Notes: generated from the letters alone by a model not told the origin. Numbered from the whole stretch's first letter, positions 12,022-23,776 are shown. The stretch: 63,210 nucleotides of DNA, filler included, from Asterionella formosa (GCA_002256025.1; 18 parts of 18 records of this genome joined end to end with filler, not necessarily neighbours in it); one strand, 5' to 3'. Made by a program: numbers and translations.

Positions 12022-12548
12022 TCGCTGACTACCAACTTCAACTTGCTAACTGCGGACTTCTTGTTGCTAACTGTTTACTTGATTTGCTGAAAATTTGAAA
12101 TATTCGCTGACTGCTGACTTCATTTGCTGACTACTGACATGCAGTTGCTGACTGATAACTTCAACACGCTGACGTCAAGAAACCTAGTTTGTACACAGTA
12201 AGAAACCAACTACCGGTACCAGTGTACAAATCGTGTTTATTTTTCATATTTGAAAAACGATGGAAACGCATCTTTTCGTTGTTGGGATACTAAAAGCGAT
12301 GCCTTCTACATTCATACTATCGGGAGTTAACACAAAGGTACCTGGTACTCCATACATGATAATAAACTGCGAAATAGACACTGATGCCTAAATGAAATCA
12401 TTGCTATCTACTTCTTCATATTGCTAACACTATGTACCGGTATTATCGTAAAAATGCTGACTCCTTGCTAACTACTGATTGCGGACTTCGTTTCGCTGAC
12501 TGCTGAATTGATTTACTGAAATTTTGAAAAAATCGCTGACTGCTGACC
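12022..12548. repeat. Degenerate ~20-bp minisatellite (gctgactgctgactt core) in two related blocks, ~12022-12176 and ~12455-12548
   Basis: Repeated gctgact/gctaact units; both blocks share ttgattt.ctgaaa.tttgaaa.a.tcgctgactgctgac. Confidence 0.75.
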
Positions 12549-13306
12549 AAGTTCATTTTGACAATGAAACGACTAACGGCTTAATGTATATGTAAACAAC
12601 TATTTAAAGAATTACGGCCGGAGTGGCGCAAAATTTAGGGGTTCGACAATTTTTGGGGTTGAACCCCTGCCTTTTTCTCATATGTGAATCGATGAACAGA
12701 ATACGAGCAACCTGCACGCTATGTGCACTGATTACCGGACCTTCCTGGAGAATCCTTCATCATGTTGTTGCAACCTTGACCATGACGAACATTCAAGGAG
12801 CGGTACGCGTATTTTCAATGATGATCACCCACTGGTAACCTTAATGAAAAAAGTGCTGGACTGTCAGTACACCCAAGAAGAAAATGTCACATGTTTATCC
12901 TATGTGGCCAGCGTGGGTTTGCAAGACCTCGCAAACCAGGCCAATCAAACGGAGGAATGTAATCACATTCACCAATCATATTATATATGTGGAAGCGGGC
13001 ACTTACGATGGAATTTGTTTGACAGGGGATTGTAGGACTAAAATTTCCGGCACACATTCCAATGATGACGTTTCAGCTCTTGGTAATTCTGATTCCGATA
13101 TTTTGGTGACCATAGAAAATGCCGATTTTGTCGAACTTTTGGATGATGATAGCTCAAAGTTGACTGGGGCTGAAGGCGATTTAGATACATAGGCAACTTT
13201 CAAATAGCATCAGTGTATAACTTCTGGCGAGAAACTGCAGAAAGGAACTTCGGTTTTTTTACTATACCAAATAAACAAATTTCCCCCGAATTTTCGATTT
13301 TTAGCA

Positions 13307-13500
13307 TAGTAAAAAACCGAAGTTCCTTTCTGCAGTTTCTGACTTGATTCTATTTTTCAGACAATAGATAGAGTGGACATGGACCTACACCCTTACTTTT
13401 TCCGACGACTGTATTTTTAAGCATACCGGTATGGAAAGGGTGTCTATTGGTGAAAGCTCCTTTGTGCGTTATACATATGTGATTTTTCTTTGAAAAGTAC
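13307..13500 (+). mobile_element. Second left-end copy of the same TIR element family
   Basis: Same TIR plus ~190 bp of subterminal sequence homologous to ~10900-11055 (gactgtat..aagcata..tggaaa.ggtgtc.a.tggtgaaagctcc). Confidence 0.65.
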
Positions 13501-13664
13501 TTGTTTGATTAGTCTGACTGAATATTATTCTTTGAACCCTACCTCGAGCCTGGGGTTCAAATGCAGCAACCTAAAGAAACTACGATAATTTTAGGCAGTA
13601 CCGGTAGGACGAAGAAGGAGTGTTGTTGAACGTTGACTCGATCTGCCTCAGTTTTTAAGTGGGG

Positions 13665-13952
13665 TATGGTACCGGTACGTCAACTGGTACCTGGTACCCT
13701 GGTACCTGGGTCTACAGGACATACTTCATACAGTACAGTATTCTACTGTTGCGTGCTCCGTCAGTGGCCGCCCCTCTAATTAAGTTTTTTCATACATCCG
13801 TCATGCGCACCGGTACCTCGTAGACTACACGATTTTGTTGCACATTTATACCAGCAGTATCACACGATTTTGTTGCACATTTATACCAGCAGTGTCTTTA
13901 TGTACCGTAACTCCCATTAGTTCCTGGTACCAGGGTACCAGGGTACCAGGTA
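13665..13952. repeat. TA-(C..G)-TA GTAC-rich arrays upstream of the nucleotidase gene
   Basis: TA-TGG-TA-CCGG-TA; TA-CCTGG-TA-CCCTGG-TA; TA-CAG-TA-CAG-TA; TA-CCAGGG-TA-CCAGGG-TA-CCAGG-TA. Confidence 0.85.
13827..13893. repeat. Tandem duplication, 35-bp period
   Basis: acacgattttgttgcacatttataccagcagt at 13827-13858 and 13862-13893. Confidence 0.95.
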
Positions 13953-14091
13953 CGAGGTGCTGGTAGTTTCATCTCGGACGCGGTAGTCTACAATAGATAA
14001 TTGTTGCTAGCCGGGTTCAGTCGCTGAACGTTGCCTGTGCAAGAGTCTTGGCATTACCCTCGTCGCCCCTTTCCCTTTTTGTTTGGTTTCA

Positions 14092-16099
14092 ATGCAAATC
14101 CTCTCGTCGGTGCTATTGTCGACAATTATGGCGTGGTCTCTGTTGAAAACGACAGCAGGCTTCTCGCGAACTCTCTCGGCAAGAACTCGTGTGTTGGCCG
14201 TTCGGCCTTCGCATCATTCGTCCATTCCACCTAGGAGACTTGCTTCGTCTTCCTACGAAGTTGACAGCGATGAAGATTCTGAACAGCATCTGGCCGATGC
14301 GTTCATGAAGTCATCAATGAATGGCTATGCACAACACCATGCACCTTCTGGCACGAGGTACATGGATGTTCTCGACTCACTGAAACTCACATCAAAGCTT
14401 AAATCAGTTGCCAACCTTCCTGCTCTTCGCCGTCTCTCCAACAATGACGTGTTTTGCAACCGCGAATTAAAAGTCAGTGGTATACGTGCGATCGGTTTCG
14501 ATATGGACTACACTTTAGCTCAGTATAAGCAACCGGCCTTTGATAAGCTTGCGTTCGATGGGGCCAAGGAAAAGCTTGTCGAGAAGCTAGGGTATCCTGA
14601 AGAAGTTTTGAGTTTTATTTACGACCATACGAAATGGACTCGAGGCCTCATCATTGATACCCAGGTAAGCGTTGTGGCTTACATTTCGTGCCTCTCGGTA
14701 GCCATGTTGACTCTCACATCACATTCTTAAATGATTGCTCGCTCAGAGGGGAAACTTCCTCAAGATTGATCGCCACAAATATGTCCGCGTTGCCCACCAT
14801 GGATTTGATCCTATCTCCTCCCCAATACGGAAGCAGTTGTATTCTAGAACTTTCAATAAGGTTCTAAGTTTCAGTGAAAAGCATTTTGTCAATATGGACA
14901 CTCTCTTCCAGTTTGTGGATGCTCAACTCTTTGCATCACTGATTGAACTGAAGGACAAAGGCAACCATGAATTTCTTGATTTCAAAACTTATGAAGAAAT
15001 GTACATGAATGTACGAGAATGTGTTGATTTGTGTCATCGCGATGGTGTCATCAAAGATGAAGTAGCAATTAATCCAGAAAAATACATCATTCTTGACAAC
15101 GGTTTAATCCCAATGCTCAAAAGATATAAAGATGCTGGAATAAAGGTATTTCTTCTTACCAACTCGCACTGGGAATATACTTCAGTGGCCATGAATTACT
15201 TGTTTCATGGGAGAAAAGTTGAAGCCCAGCTGAAAAGTATGGATGAATGGATGGATTTGTTCGATTTGGTGTAAGTACACCCTTTGTGTGGCTAACTACA
15301 TACATCTGATATAGCTGCCTTACCCCCTCCGCTTTCTTGTTTTAGCGTTGTTGGGTCGTGCAAGCCCGCGTACATGGTGGACCCATACTTGAATTTGTAC
15401 CGTGTCAATCCAAAGGATGGATCTCTTCTCAATACTGATGGGGTGTTCGAGATTCAAGCTCTAGGGAGGCATGGTAATGGAGCCGAGCTCTTCCTCCAGA
15501 AAGGTAAAGTATTTCAAGGTGGAAATTGGAAGCATCTACATGCCATGCTAGAAATCGAGGCTGGTGAAGAAATTTTGTATGTCGGTGATCACTTATATTC
15601 GGATGTACTTCGGTCAAAACGTACCTTGGGTTGGCGCTCGGTTTTCATCATGCCGGAGTTAGAAGATGAAATGCGTGTTTTTGATGCTAACAAGCACATT
15701 TTGAAGCAGATAGTTCAGCTACGAAATCTCCGAGATGAGCTCAGTGGCTATCATGATAGCGTCCAATTGACTGGAGGTGCGGGCGCGTCGAATATATTGA
15801 AAATCATCGAAGAGGATGATGCCACGATCAAAAGGACCCTTACAGACTTAGCAGAACAGTGGCATTCTGCGTTCCATCCCGTCTGGGGAGCTATGTTCAA
15901 TGCTGGCTATCAAGACTCCCGTTTCGCGTTTTTTGTTCAAAACTATGCTTGTTTGTACACTTCAAGGGCAACTAATCTTGGTCTGTCGTTTGCTAGCAGA
16001 TCATTTCGAACTACTACTGAGATGCTCCCCCACGACAAAATGATCGCTGATGTAGAGACTGAATTTGTGGAGTTTGACCCCTGGGCCGATCAAATTTAA
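14092..16099 (+). CDS. HAD-superfamily (cN-II/NT5C2-NT5DC type) 5'-nucleotidase with bipartite plastid-type presequence; exons 14092-14664, 14747-15270, 15346-16099
   Basis: Motifs GFDMDYTLAQY, FLLTNS, YVGDHLYSDV. Two GT-AG introns (82 and 75 nt) join the ORFs in frame. N-terminus is a hydrophobic signal ending TTAG|F followed by an S/R-rich transit peptide. Confidence 0.92.
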
Positions 16100-16272
16100 G
16101 TGGACCAGGTGACCGTTTAGCGCGTGGATTTGATGTGTACTATCAAAGAATCGGCTGCTGACAACAGATGGTTATGTACACAAGTCTTCTAGGTCCAGAC
16201 TGAAGGGATTACTTATTCCTAGAATCTCGTGTGCCTTCATTATTACCAGGGCAAGGATTATGGTGAAGGAGT

Positions 16273-17815
16273 TCAAAGTTCGCCTCCCAGGTTGACATAG
16301 AAATCCGAGTCTGTAAATCGATAATCCCTTGGCAGTGGAGGTATCGACACTTTAACAACGCCCAGGTCACTAGTACCTAATATAGTCTCCAAAGCTTCTC
16401 TCAAGAGAGCAGAAACTTCTCGTGCCGCTGGTCGTTTTTCCACGTCATGAGTCCAACACATATTAATTGCCTTAACAACGGCTTGAATTGCTAGATCTTC
16501 GCTATTCAATATATCTTCGGGGAACTCAGATCGAGAGCCTTGGACCATGAGCTTTGTTGCTTCCTCAGTCGTAACATGTTCAAACAACCACTTCTTGGTC
16601 AGCACATAATACATGACATTACCCATCATATGAACGTCAACCTTATCCATCAATACAACCCGTTTCTCGCCATCCTCGATGAATAGCTCTTCAGGTGCAC
16701 GGAGCTTAAATAACTAACAATGTGCAAAAAAGAAGTGAGTAAACAATTACAGAGTTCACTTCGTGGGAGTTGCTAAATACAAAGACAACACTTACAACTT
16801 CGTTGATCTCAATTGTGGTTGTTTCACAGACTTCATGGGTATCTTGATTCCTTCGATGAAAGGTGGACATGTGAAAATCTGTTAGCTTGTAAACCCCATC
16901 GAACAACATGAACTGATGGCAGCAAATATCATTATGGGTCATAGATACGATACCGTCTCCTTCAAACGTATGCACGTGTGCAAGTGCAGTTGCGACTTGG
17001 TAGGCTATTTTGAGCCTATCTATTGGTGGCTGTGTCTCTTCGCCCTCTAATCGAGCCAGCTTCACAAGATCATGAATGTTCCCTCCGTTGCTGTATTCAA
17101 CAAGCTGGGAGCTTGCACATCCGCAAAACAATTGTGTGATGTACGGCGAGCCACTTAGTCGCTCCATCGCCAGAGCATCGACTCTCGCATCTTTGAATTC
17201 ATCCTCTGTGAATTCACTATAATATTTCTGTGTTTTGAGAACTATAGGATCCCCGTTGGTATCTCGTATTCGAAAGGCACATCTAGAGCCTCCACAATTG
17301 ATGAAGGAGATGGCATCTGACCGGTCCAGCAGTTGAATTTCATGCATGCTGTTACATGTCGGAAAGGTTTCTTTCATCCATTGGTGCATCGGTTGACATG
17401 GATCCAAGGGTTCCTCTTGCCGCACCAAGGGAGAGGATCCCGTTGGCTCCTCTTGTGAGACATCTATCCAAGCGCCTAAAGAATCGTCATCACGGTCACT
17501 CACAAGTAGGCGATCATGATCAATGTCTCCTATTCGAAATTTGTCAATATTATTGAGATTATACTCCCAGACAAGATATCTTGGATGATGATTTTGAATT
17601 GGTGTGAACCAATTGGTAAAAATGAGGAAGGCAGCACAAATGGAAGCAACGAGGCCCAACACTAGTTCTGCGAGTTTCGCAAGTGGACGCTTGTATCTGC
17701 GTCTGCGTCCACCCTTTGTTGTTGTCTTTTTGTTTCTTGCAGGCGACGCTTCAGCGCTTCCCTCTTCCACCAGGCAGGAAGTTGACCTTACACGTACCGA
17801 TGCCCTTCGATGCAT
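16273..17815 (-). CDS. Type II membrane protein-kinase-like protein (PKDCC/POMK-like atypical kinase); exons 17815-16796 and ~16713-16273
   Basis: Basic N-tail plus TM helix LAELVLGLVASICAAFLIF; IVLK; HNDICCHQF; KLTDF; RAPEE; KVDVHMMGN. GT-AG intron ~16714-16795 (alternative in-frame acceptor 9 nt further). Confidence 0.82.
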
Positions 17816-19511
17816 CTTTGCTTTCTCCCTTTTTAAGCCTTGGGCCGTTGGGTATCAAGTTGATCAAGATTTTCTTCGCGTACGTGTTCGTACATGGTCG
17901 AGCTGACCAAATGAGAGCAAAGTCGCCATCAGCGAGATCCCGTAGTTGTTGTTTATACTGACCCTGTAAAGTTGACGTCTTGTCGGTGCCTGATATTGGT
18001 GGTTCGGTGGCCATAAGTAAAACTGCATGCTCGCTCATCATTTTCGTTCTTAACCGTTTTCCTTCCTGTGACGCTTCCGTTGGAATTGACGACCGTTATG
18101 ACCAGGACAATTCTGGTTTCACTTTCGACACAAAAATGATAATAGGGTATATCAACTACATCGAAGTATGAAATAGTCTTCAGATATGTATATGTGTGAC
18201 CTTGAGGAGGCTACAACGAATTACGTACAGTGCCACAAAAAATGTAAATTAAATTTTTATAGTACGTAAAAGCTGTCCAATAATCGGACTCGTGCCCACA
18301 TGAAAGGAAACAAGTACCAGTTCAACAGCACCTGTTTTGAAATTCACGAAAATAACCGTGGATTGTACACAGCTCCCATTTCACCCACTTCAGCCGAGGC
18401 GGCCTAACTATTTCATTCGTATATACAACTATATAGAAATGAATACATCTTAAATGCGGTAAATTCCGGCAGTTTCAAAAGCGTACGTATCAGGTACCAG
18501 TACTGAGCACTGAGTAAGCTCGATTTTGTGTGATAGAAAAACTTTTGATCCTATATAGCACGGAATAAATATAACGGTAAGTCACATACTAACTGGAACT
18601 CATTGGCCTTGCCCATTATTCTTGGTTTCAAGAAAGCAGTCATCATCCAGACATCTGACCAGTGGATAATGGCAAACATGTAACACGCTGATGGAGATCG
18701 AAGGAAAAGACCATCAAAGACCACAAAAGAACACGAAGTTCACAGAAGACAATGGCAAAAGAGCAGGAAAGAACCCTGGACATACGATGTTTTTCTGCAG
18801 TCTTGTTTTGCAAACTTTTAAAAACTTCGCATTCTTTCACGGTCGTTTTGGAAAACGTGATGCAAGGTTGATTTTAGATAAAACACAGTTTTTGTACATG
18901 ACTTTTTGTACTTTGGAGTTTCCATCAACTCCCCGCTGGACAATTAAAAGTAAGATCATTTACATTAAGTTTTGTTCAATGACTTTAGCATTATGCTGAT
19001 CTATGCTGCATGGCTAAACATACAGAGCAATCCTCCTCCACAAAGTCAACCCAATCAGCTTTTTCAACAGAAACCAAAACATTGGAATCAGAATTTGTAC
19101 ATGCAAAATGTTCTTGTTGACATAGGAATGCAAGTCTTGTGGGGAAGAGAGTTGATAGAGGATTACAAGACCTTATCTTAATATACCACTTTAAGTGGAC
19201 TGCAAAATGCACATGAAATCGTCAGCCATGATTCAAATTTGAGAAACATCATGTCAATGTGTAATGACTTCTCGAAAGAGAACAAAAGAATGTTGAGCAC
19301 ATTGGCTGAGACCAAGCTTGGGCGGAGTTAGTCGCCTTGAGTTCATGTTGACACCGAGTTTTCATGCAGAATTCGGTTCTTGCAGAGAGTCAGGTAGTTG
19401 GATATATGGGGCTGTGTGATGCCTGTGCCAAAGGGGCACACCAAGCAAGCGAAACATGTCACTGAAGGAGAAATGAAGGGGACAAGGGGAAGTGTTAGAT
19501 CATGTCTATCA

Positions 19512-19752
19512 GGGGAATGGCTTAATGGTTAGCACATCACATGTGGTGGCGGGTTCGATTCCTGCATTCTCTACCTGTTGTCCTTTTATGTTTTCCCTTA
19601 GGGTTCCAGGGGGGGGGGGTGGCTGACAAGGAGACAGCTACCTTTGTACTGTACAGACAAATAAAACCAGTACTAATTGTGTCCATTTATTTGGAAAGTA
19701 GTTTGATTATTAGATAGCTTTAACTTACTATAAGATTTAAATGACAATTTTT
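19512..19752 (+). mobile_element. tRNA(Ala)-derived SINE-like element flanked by 20-bp direct repeats
   Basis: Head ggggaatggcttaatggttagc...gcgggttcgattcctgcattctcta has A box, B box, T arm and an acceptor stem with G3-U70. tgttagatcatgtctatcag occurs at 19493-19512 and 19753-19772. A homologous copy lies at 52052-52218. Confidence 0.8.
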
Positions 19753-20350
19753 TGTTAGATCATGTCTATCAGAGGAACGGAATTTTTCTTTATGAGCTCA
19801 TCAGAACATGTTGGCTTACCATCATGATCATGTCATGTCATTGTTGACACTGGCCAATTCAATCCAGTACTACAGCAGCAGTGCTATCAACATGGTCCAG
19901 TGGCACTAGAAGACCTTGTAAAGAAGATGAAGACTCATGTGCATCATTGATGTGCATTGGACTTCGATTACGAGCTTGTAATGAATGTCAATTGATTGAG
20001 CAATTGTTGATTGTTTTAGAGTGATGGTATACATTACATAAAGAAATGTATGTATATATTTATACTTCACAAAATTCTCTATGACGATAACTATTATATA
20101 TATTAGATGATTTGATTGTCATCATAAGATGATGCAGCACATGAATAAGATGTTTTCTATTTGCAGAAGCCACACCACTTGATGCGTTTACCAATAGCGC
20201 TGCTCATGGCGATTATGTTGATAAATCAAGCAGTGTGGGAGGTTGTCAAATTGTTGAGTAAACCAACAGAAAAATACTGACATGGTCATTGTGATTTTAA
20301 TTTATTTAGGGTTTTTAGGCCCAAAATATTATACCGGCATATACCGTATA

Positions 20351-20433
20351 CTTCATTGTCCTGGACCCCCCAATGTACACTGCCGTGACTGAATTTGACT
20401 GATTTTACTTAAGGGGGGCCCAGGACAATGAAG
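20351..20433. mobile_element. 83-bp MITE-like hairpin
   Basis: 21-bp inverted arms (cttcattgtcctggacccccc / ggggggcccaggacaatgaag) with 1 mismatch. Confidence 0.6.
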
Positions 20434-20627
20434 AGATTTCCCTTATAATGGACCTAAGTAAATTTCTTTAGTTCTACAGGATAGCGCACATTTTTCTAAG
20501 ATGTATTAATATGACAATTATTTCCGTCTTGTGAAAAATGAGAGAGTTCTTCACCTCGCAAGAAAAACGCGACTTCATGTTGTTATCGGCGATCTCAATT
20601 TTCGTTGTCATTATTAATGTTATTACT

Positions 20628-20727
20628 NNNNNNNNNNNNNNNNNNNNNNNNNNNNNNNNNNNNNNNNNNNNTTAATTAATTAANNNNNNNNNNNNNNNNN
20701 NNNNNNNNNNNNNNNNNNNNNNNNNNN
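20628..20727. other. Artificial contig linker (44N-TTAATTAATTAA-44N); also at 21998, 23367, 44053, 45422, 46791, 48160, 49529, 50898, 52267, 53636, 55005, 56373, 57741, 59109, 60477, 61844
   Basis: Identical 100-bp spacer with stops in all six frames; the short intervening contigs are 1267-1270 bp. Confidence 0.99.
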
Positions 20728-22097
20728 CCGCCAGCGTGGTCGGTTTCAGTTAACGGAGGAGTTGGCGACATTTTCTTTCGGTGGAAGCGAAAATCACTGT
20801 TTTCTATTTCTTGCTTTACTTTAAGAATCTCAAAATGAATTCAATCAACGATTGCTGTTAATATAAACTAAGAGAGACAGAGAAAGTGATTCGATCTCGC
20901 GGAAGGCAACTCAATTGACAAAGCAAATAGCGAAACAGAATAAAGCAACTTCAAATATTTTGAAACGAAATACATACTGATGAATGGATTCATAATGTCT
21001 ACCGGTAATTATTTTCAGTCTTCTTTGTGGCTATGTATACGTATTCACCGGCATATATATGTATCATCCTCCACATGCGGCATGGATATACCGGTAATAA
21101 ATACAGAACCCGTTAATTATTAGTTGACGTTATGCATAGTCGTAGGTACGTATAACTATTAATTCCAAGCAATGCTGCATTTAATCTATTTACACATGAT
21201 GATACTACCAGGTATCATACCATTTACCAGTCGCCGGTGGTCCCCTGGTACCGGTAGTATATTACTTCATGCATATACACCTCCATTTTACATTTATTTG
21301 TATACAGCTAATTTACTATCTGTTGACAAACAAACTCAACGGTACCTGGTAGCCTTCCTGTTGTATCAGTACCCTGGTACCGGTATCACTGGTGAATAAA
21401 TGAATGCAAATCATCAGTCATGCTGTCCTGTACATGATACTTGAAAATTTAAATATCAATGATTCTCGACCTATCTATCCAGGATGATGACCGGTAGATG
21501 TCCGCCGGCGTAACGGTAGCGTTACACGACATGAGCTGTATGCGGCATTTAAATCGCCTCAATGGTCTACTCCAAACACATTAACGGATGTGTTTTTTAT
21601 GTGCTTGCTTAACGGATGGTCTGCCTGACATAGAGCGAGGTAGCTAGTAGCTACCAGTTGGAGGCAGATCTTTCATTTTGTTTCTGTCTACCGGTAGGCG
21701 GGGGAACATAGTTACAGGTTCATAGGGTACTGTGGGACCACCTGGTACTCCTAAAATGAACATTCGTTCCAGCATGTGTATGTATCATGCATGAGAAGGA
21801 AAGTACCAGGTAGCATAGGTGCAGTTAAAATGGTTTCATAAATGTATGATGTGCCAAACAGTTTACGTAGTGCCTCTCCACTTACATGACCCAAGCTAGC
21901 CTTAAATGATTTCGATGAAGCAACAACACAACCTTAAATAGCTAGGTTACTAGGCCTATTAGGGTCGGTCATCAAGAGCAAATATAACTTGCGATATNNN
22001 NNNNNNNNNNNNNNNNNNNNNNNNNNNNNNNNNNNNNNNNNTTAATTAATTAANNNNNNNNNNNNNNNNNNNNNNNNNNNNNNNNNNNNNNNNNNNN

Positions 22098-23366
22098 CGT
22101 TCAGCCCTTTCATTACCGAACCGTTCCTGCCTCCTTGCAGCAAATAAAACATTACATCAACGGTTGTGCAAAGCTGGCCTACGTCCCAAACTTCAACGCC
22201 TTGACAATGAGTGTTCTACACTCCTCAAAGAGTTCTTGGACGCCGAAGCTATTGACTTTCAGTTGGTCCCGCCGGCTGTCCATCGTCGCAATGCCGCTGA
22301 ACGTGCAATTCGCACCTTTCAAAACCATTTCATTGCCGGTCTATGCAGTGTCGACAAACACTTTCCTCTCCACTTGTGGGACCAACTCTTAGTTCAAGCT
22401 GAACTAACTCTTAATCCCTTCCATGGCTCACGCATCAACCCCAAACTGTCTGCTTGGGCACAGGTCAATGGAACCTATGATTACAACCATGTCCCCCTTG
22501 CTCCACCTGGCTGTCGGGTCCTTGTTCATGCCAAGCCCCAACATCGAACAACATGGGCTCCGCATGCTCTCGATGGTTGGTATGTCGGCCCTGCTGTGGA
22601 TTCCTATCGCTGCTACCACATCTGGATGTGGGAAACACGTTCAATCAGAATCTGCGATACTGTCTCATGGTTTCCAACCAAAGTCCACCTACCCTGTAAT
22701 TCATCCACTGACCTCATCACAACCAGTTTGCAGGACATTGCCTATGCCTTTTTACATCCCACCACTCGGTCTCCCGTTGCCCCAGCACTCACTGCAACCC
22801 ACAAAGCTGCTCTCCACCAGCTCCTTGAAATTCTCTCACCACCTGAGCTCACCCAACTACCCATTGCTCCCCTCCTGCATCACCCCATTCCATCACTGAG
22901 GGTGCCCGATACACCCACAGCATCCACCATCCCCCTTCTCCCTGATCCTGATGCCTGTACACCTTTCCCGGTCTCTCCCGCCCTCGATGGAACTGCCCAA
23001 CCACTGAGGGTGCTTAACCCTAACCCTACCCCAAACCCTAACCCTCACCTCGCCGGTAACCCTAAACCTAACCCTAACCCGAGGGCCCCTCCTGCCAGTG
23101 GCCGCACGATCCTTCCAGCACCCCCTCTCACTTATCACGATGCTGTTGTGCTGCCCAGTCCCCTCTCACCTTCCCCTTCGGACACTTATGACACTACCAC
23201 TGTGCCCAAGAGCCGTCGTCGCCGTAAAAACACACCACGTGATGCACCACATGCCAGCCGTCCCCACACCCAATCTTTGCTTGCCAACTGTGCTCTCTCC
23301 GCCCCTCCTCAAACCAGTGCTACTCCCCTGGCCACTAATTTTTGTTTCCATGGCACAGCTATCAAC
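22098..23366 (+). mobile_element. Ty1/Copia (CoDi-type) pol fragment: integrase C-terminal part and Pro-rich linker
   Basis: QRLDNEC...FQLVPPAVHRRNAAERAIRTFQNHF...LWDQL...GWYVGPA.DSYRCY; truncated by linkers. Confidence 0.9.
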
Positions 23367-23467
23367 NNNNNNNNNNNNNNNNNNNNNNNNNNNNNNNNNN
23401 NNNNNNNNNNTTAATTAATTAANNNNNNNNNNNNNNNNNNNNNNNNNNNNNNNNNNNNNNNNNNNNC

Positions 23468-23619
23468 TAATTCTATTAAAACTGTTGAAATTGCGTCCCG
23501 AAGCACTCTATGCTTTCTTGTATCCTGTAAGGACACGTCAGGGACCAAATAGGCTGTAGATATAACAACGATGTCTCCGTGATCGATTGTAATTGTTCCT
23601 AAGAGTTTTAATAGAATTA
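23468..23619. mobile_element. 152-bp MITE-like element
   Basis: Perfect 16-bp inverted repeat taattctattaaaact / agttttaatagaatta with TAA/TTA outer ends (Tourist-like). Confidence 0.55.
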
Positions 23620-23776
23620 TGGGTTTTTACTGTTGGCGTAGATTGTTTTCGAATTCTCTGGTACCATATTCTTTCTTGATTCATTCGATTCAATATGTAG
23701 TAGGTAATTTATACCGGGATTTTCTTTCCTAAAATATTTTCTCCAACAGCAGCGAGTCTATGAATATTTATCGACC

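Larger units (their letters stand above)
10867..13264. mobile_element. Putative non-autonomous DNA transposon bounded by ~37-bp inverted repeats (spans a scaffold gap)
   Basis: tagcaaaaaaaccaaagttcctttctgcactttcttg at 10867 matches the reverse complement of 13228-13264 at 33/37 positions. No TSD or transposase recognised. Confidence 0.5.

Noticed and set aside
19512..19573. Functional tRNA-Ala gene
   Set aside because: Anticodon arm is truncated, and the head is attached to a dispersed body with direct repeats.
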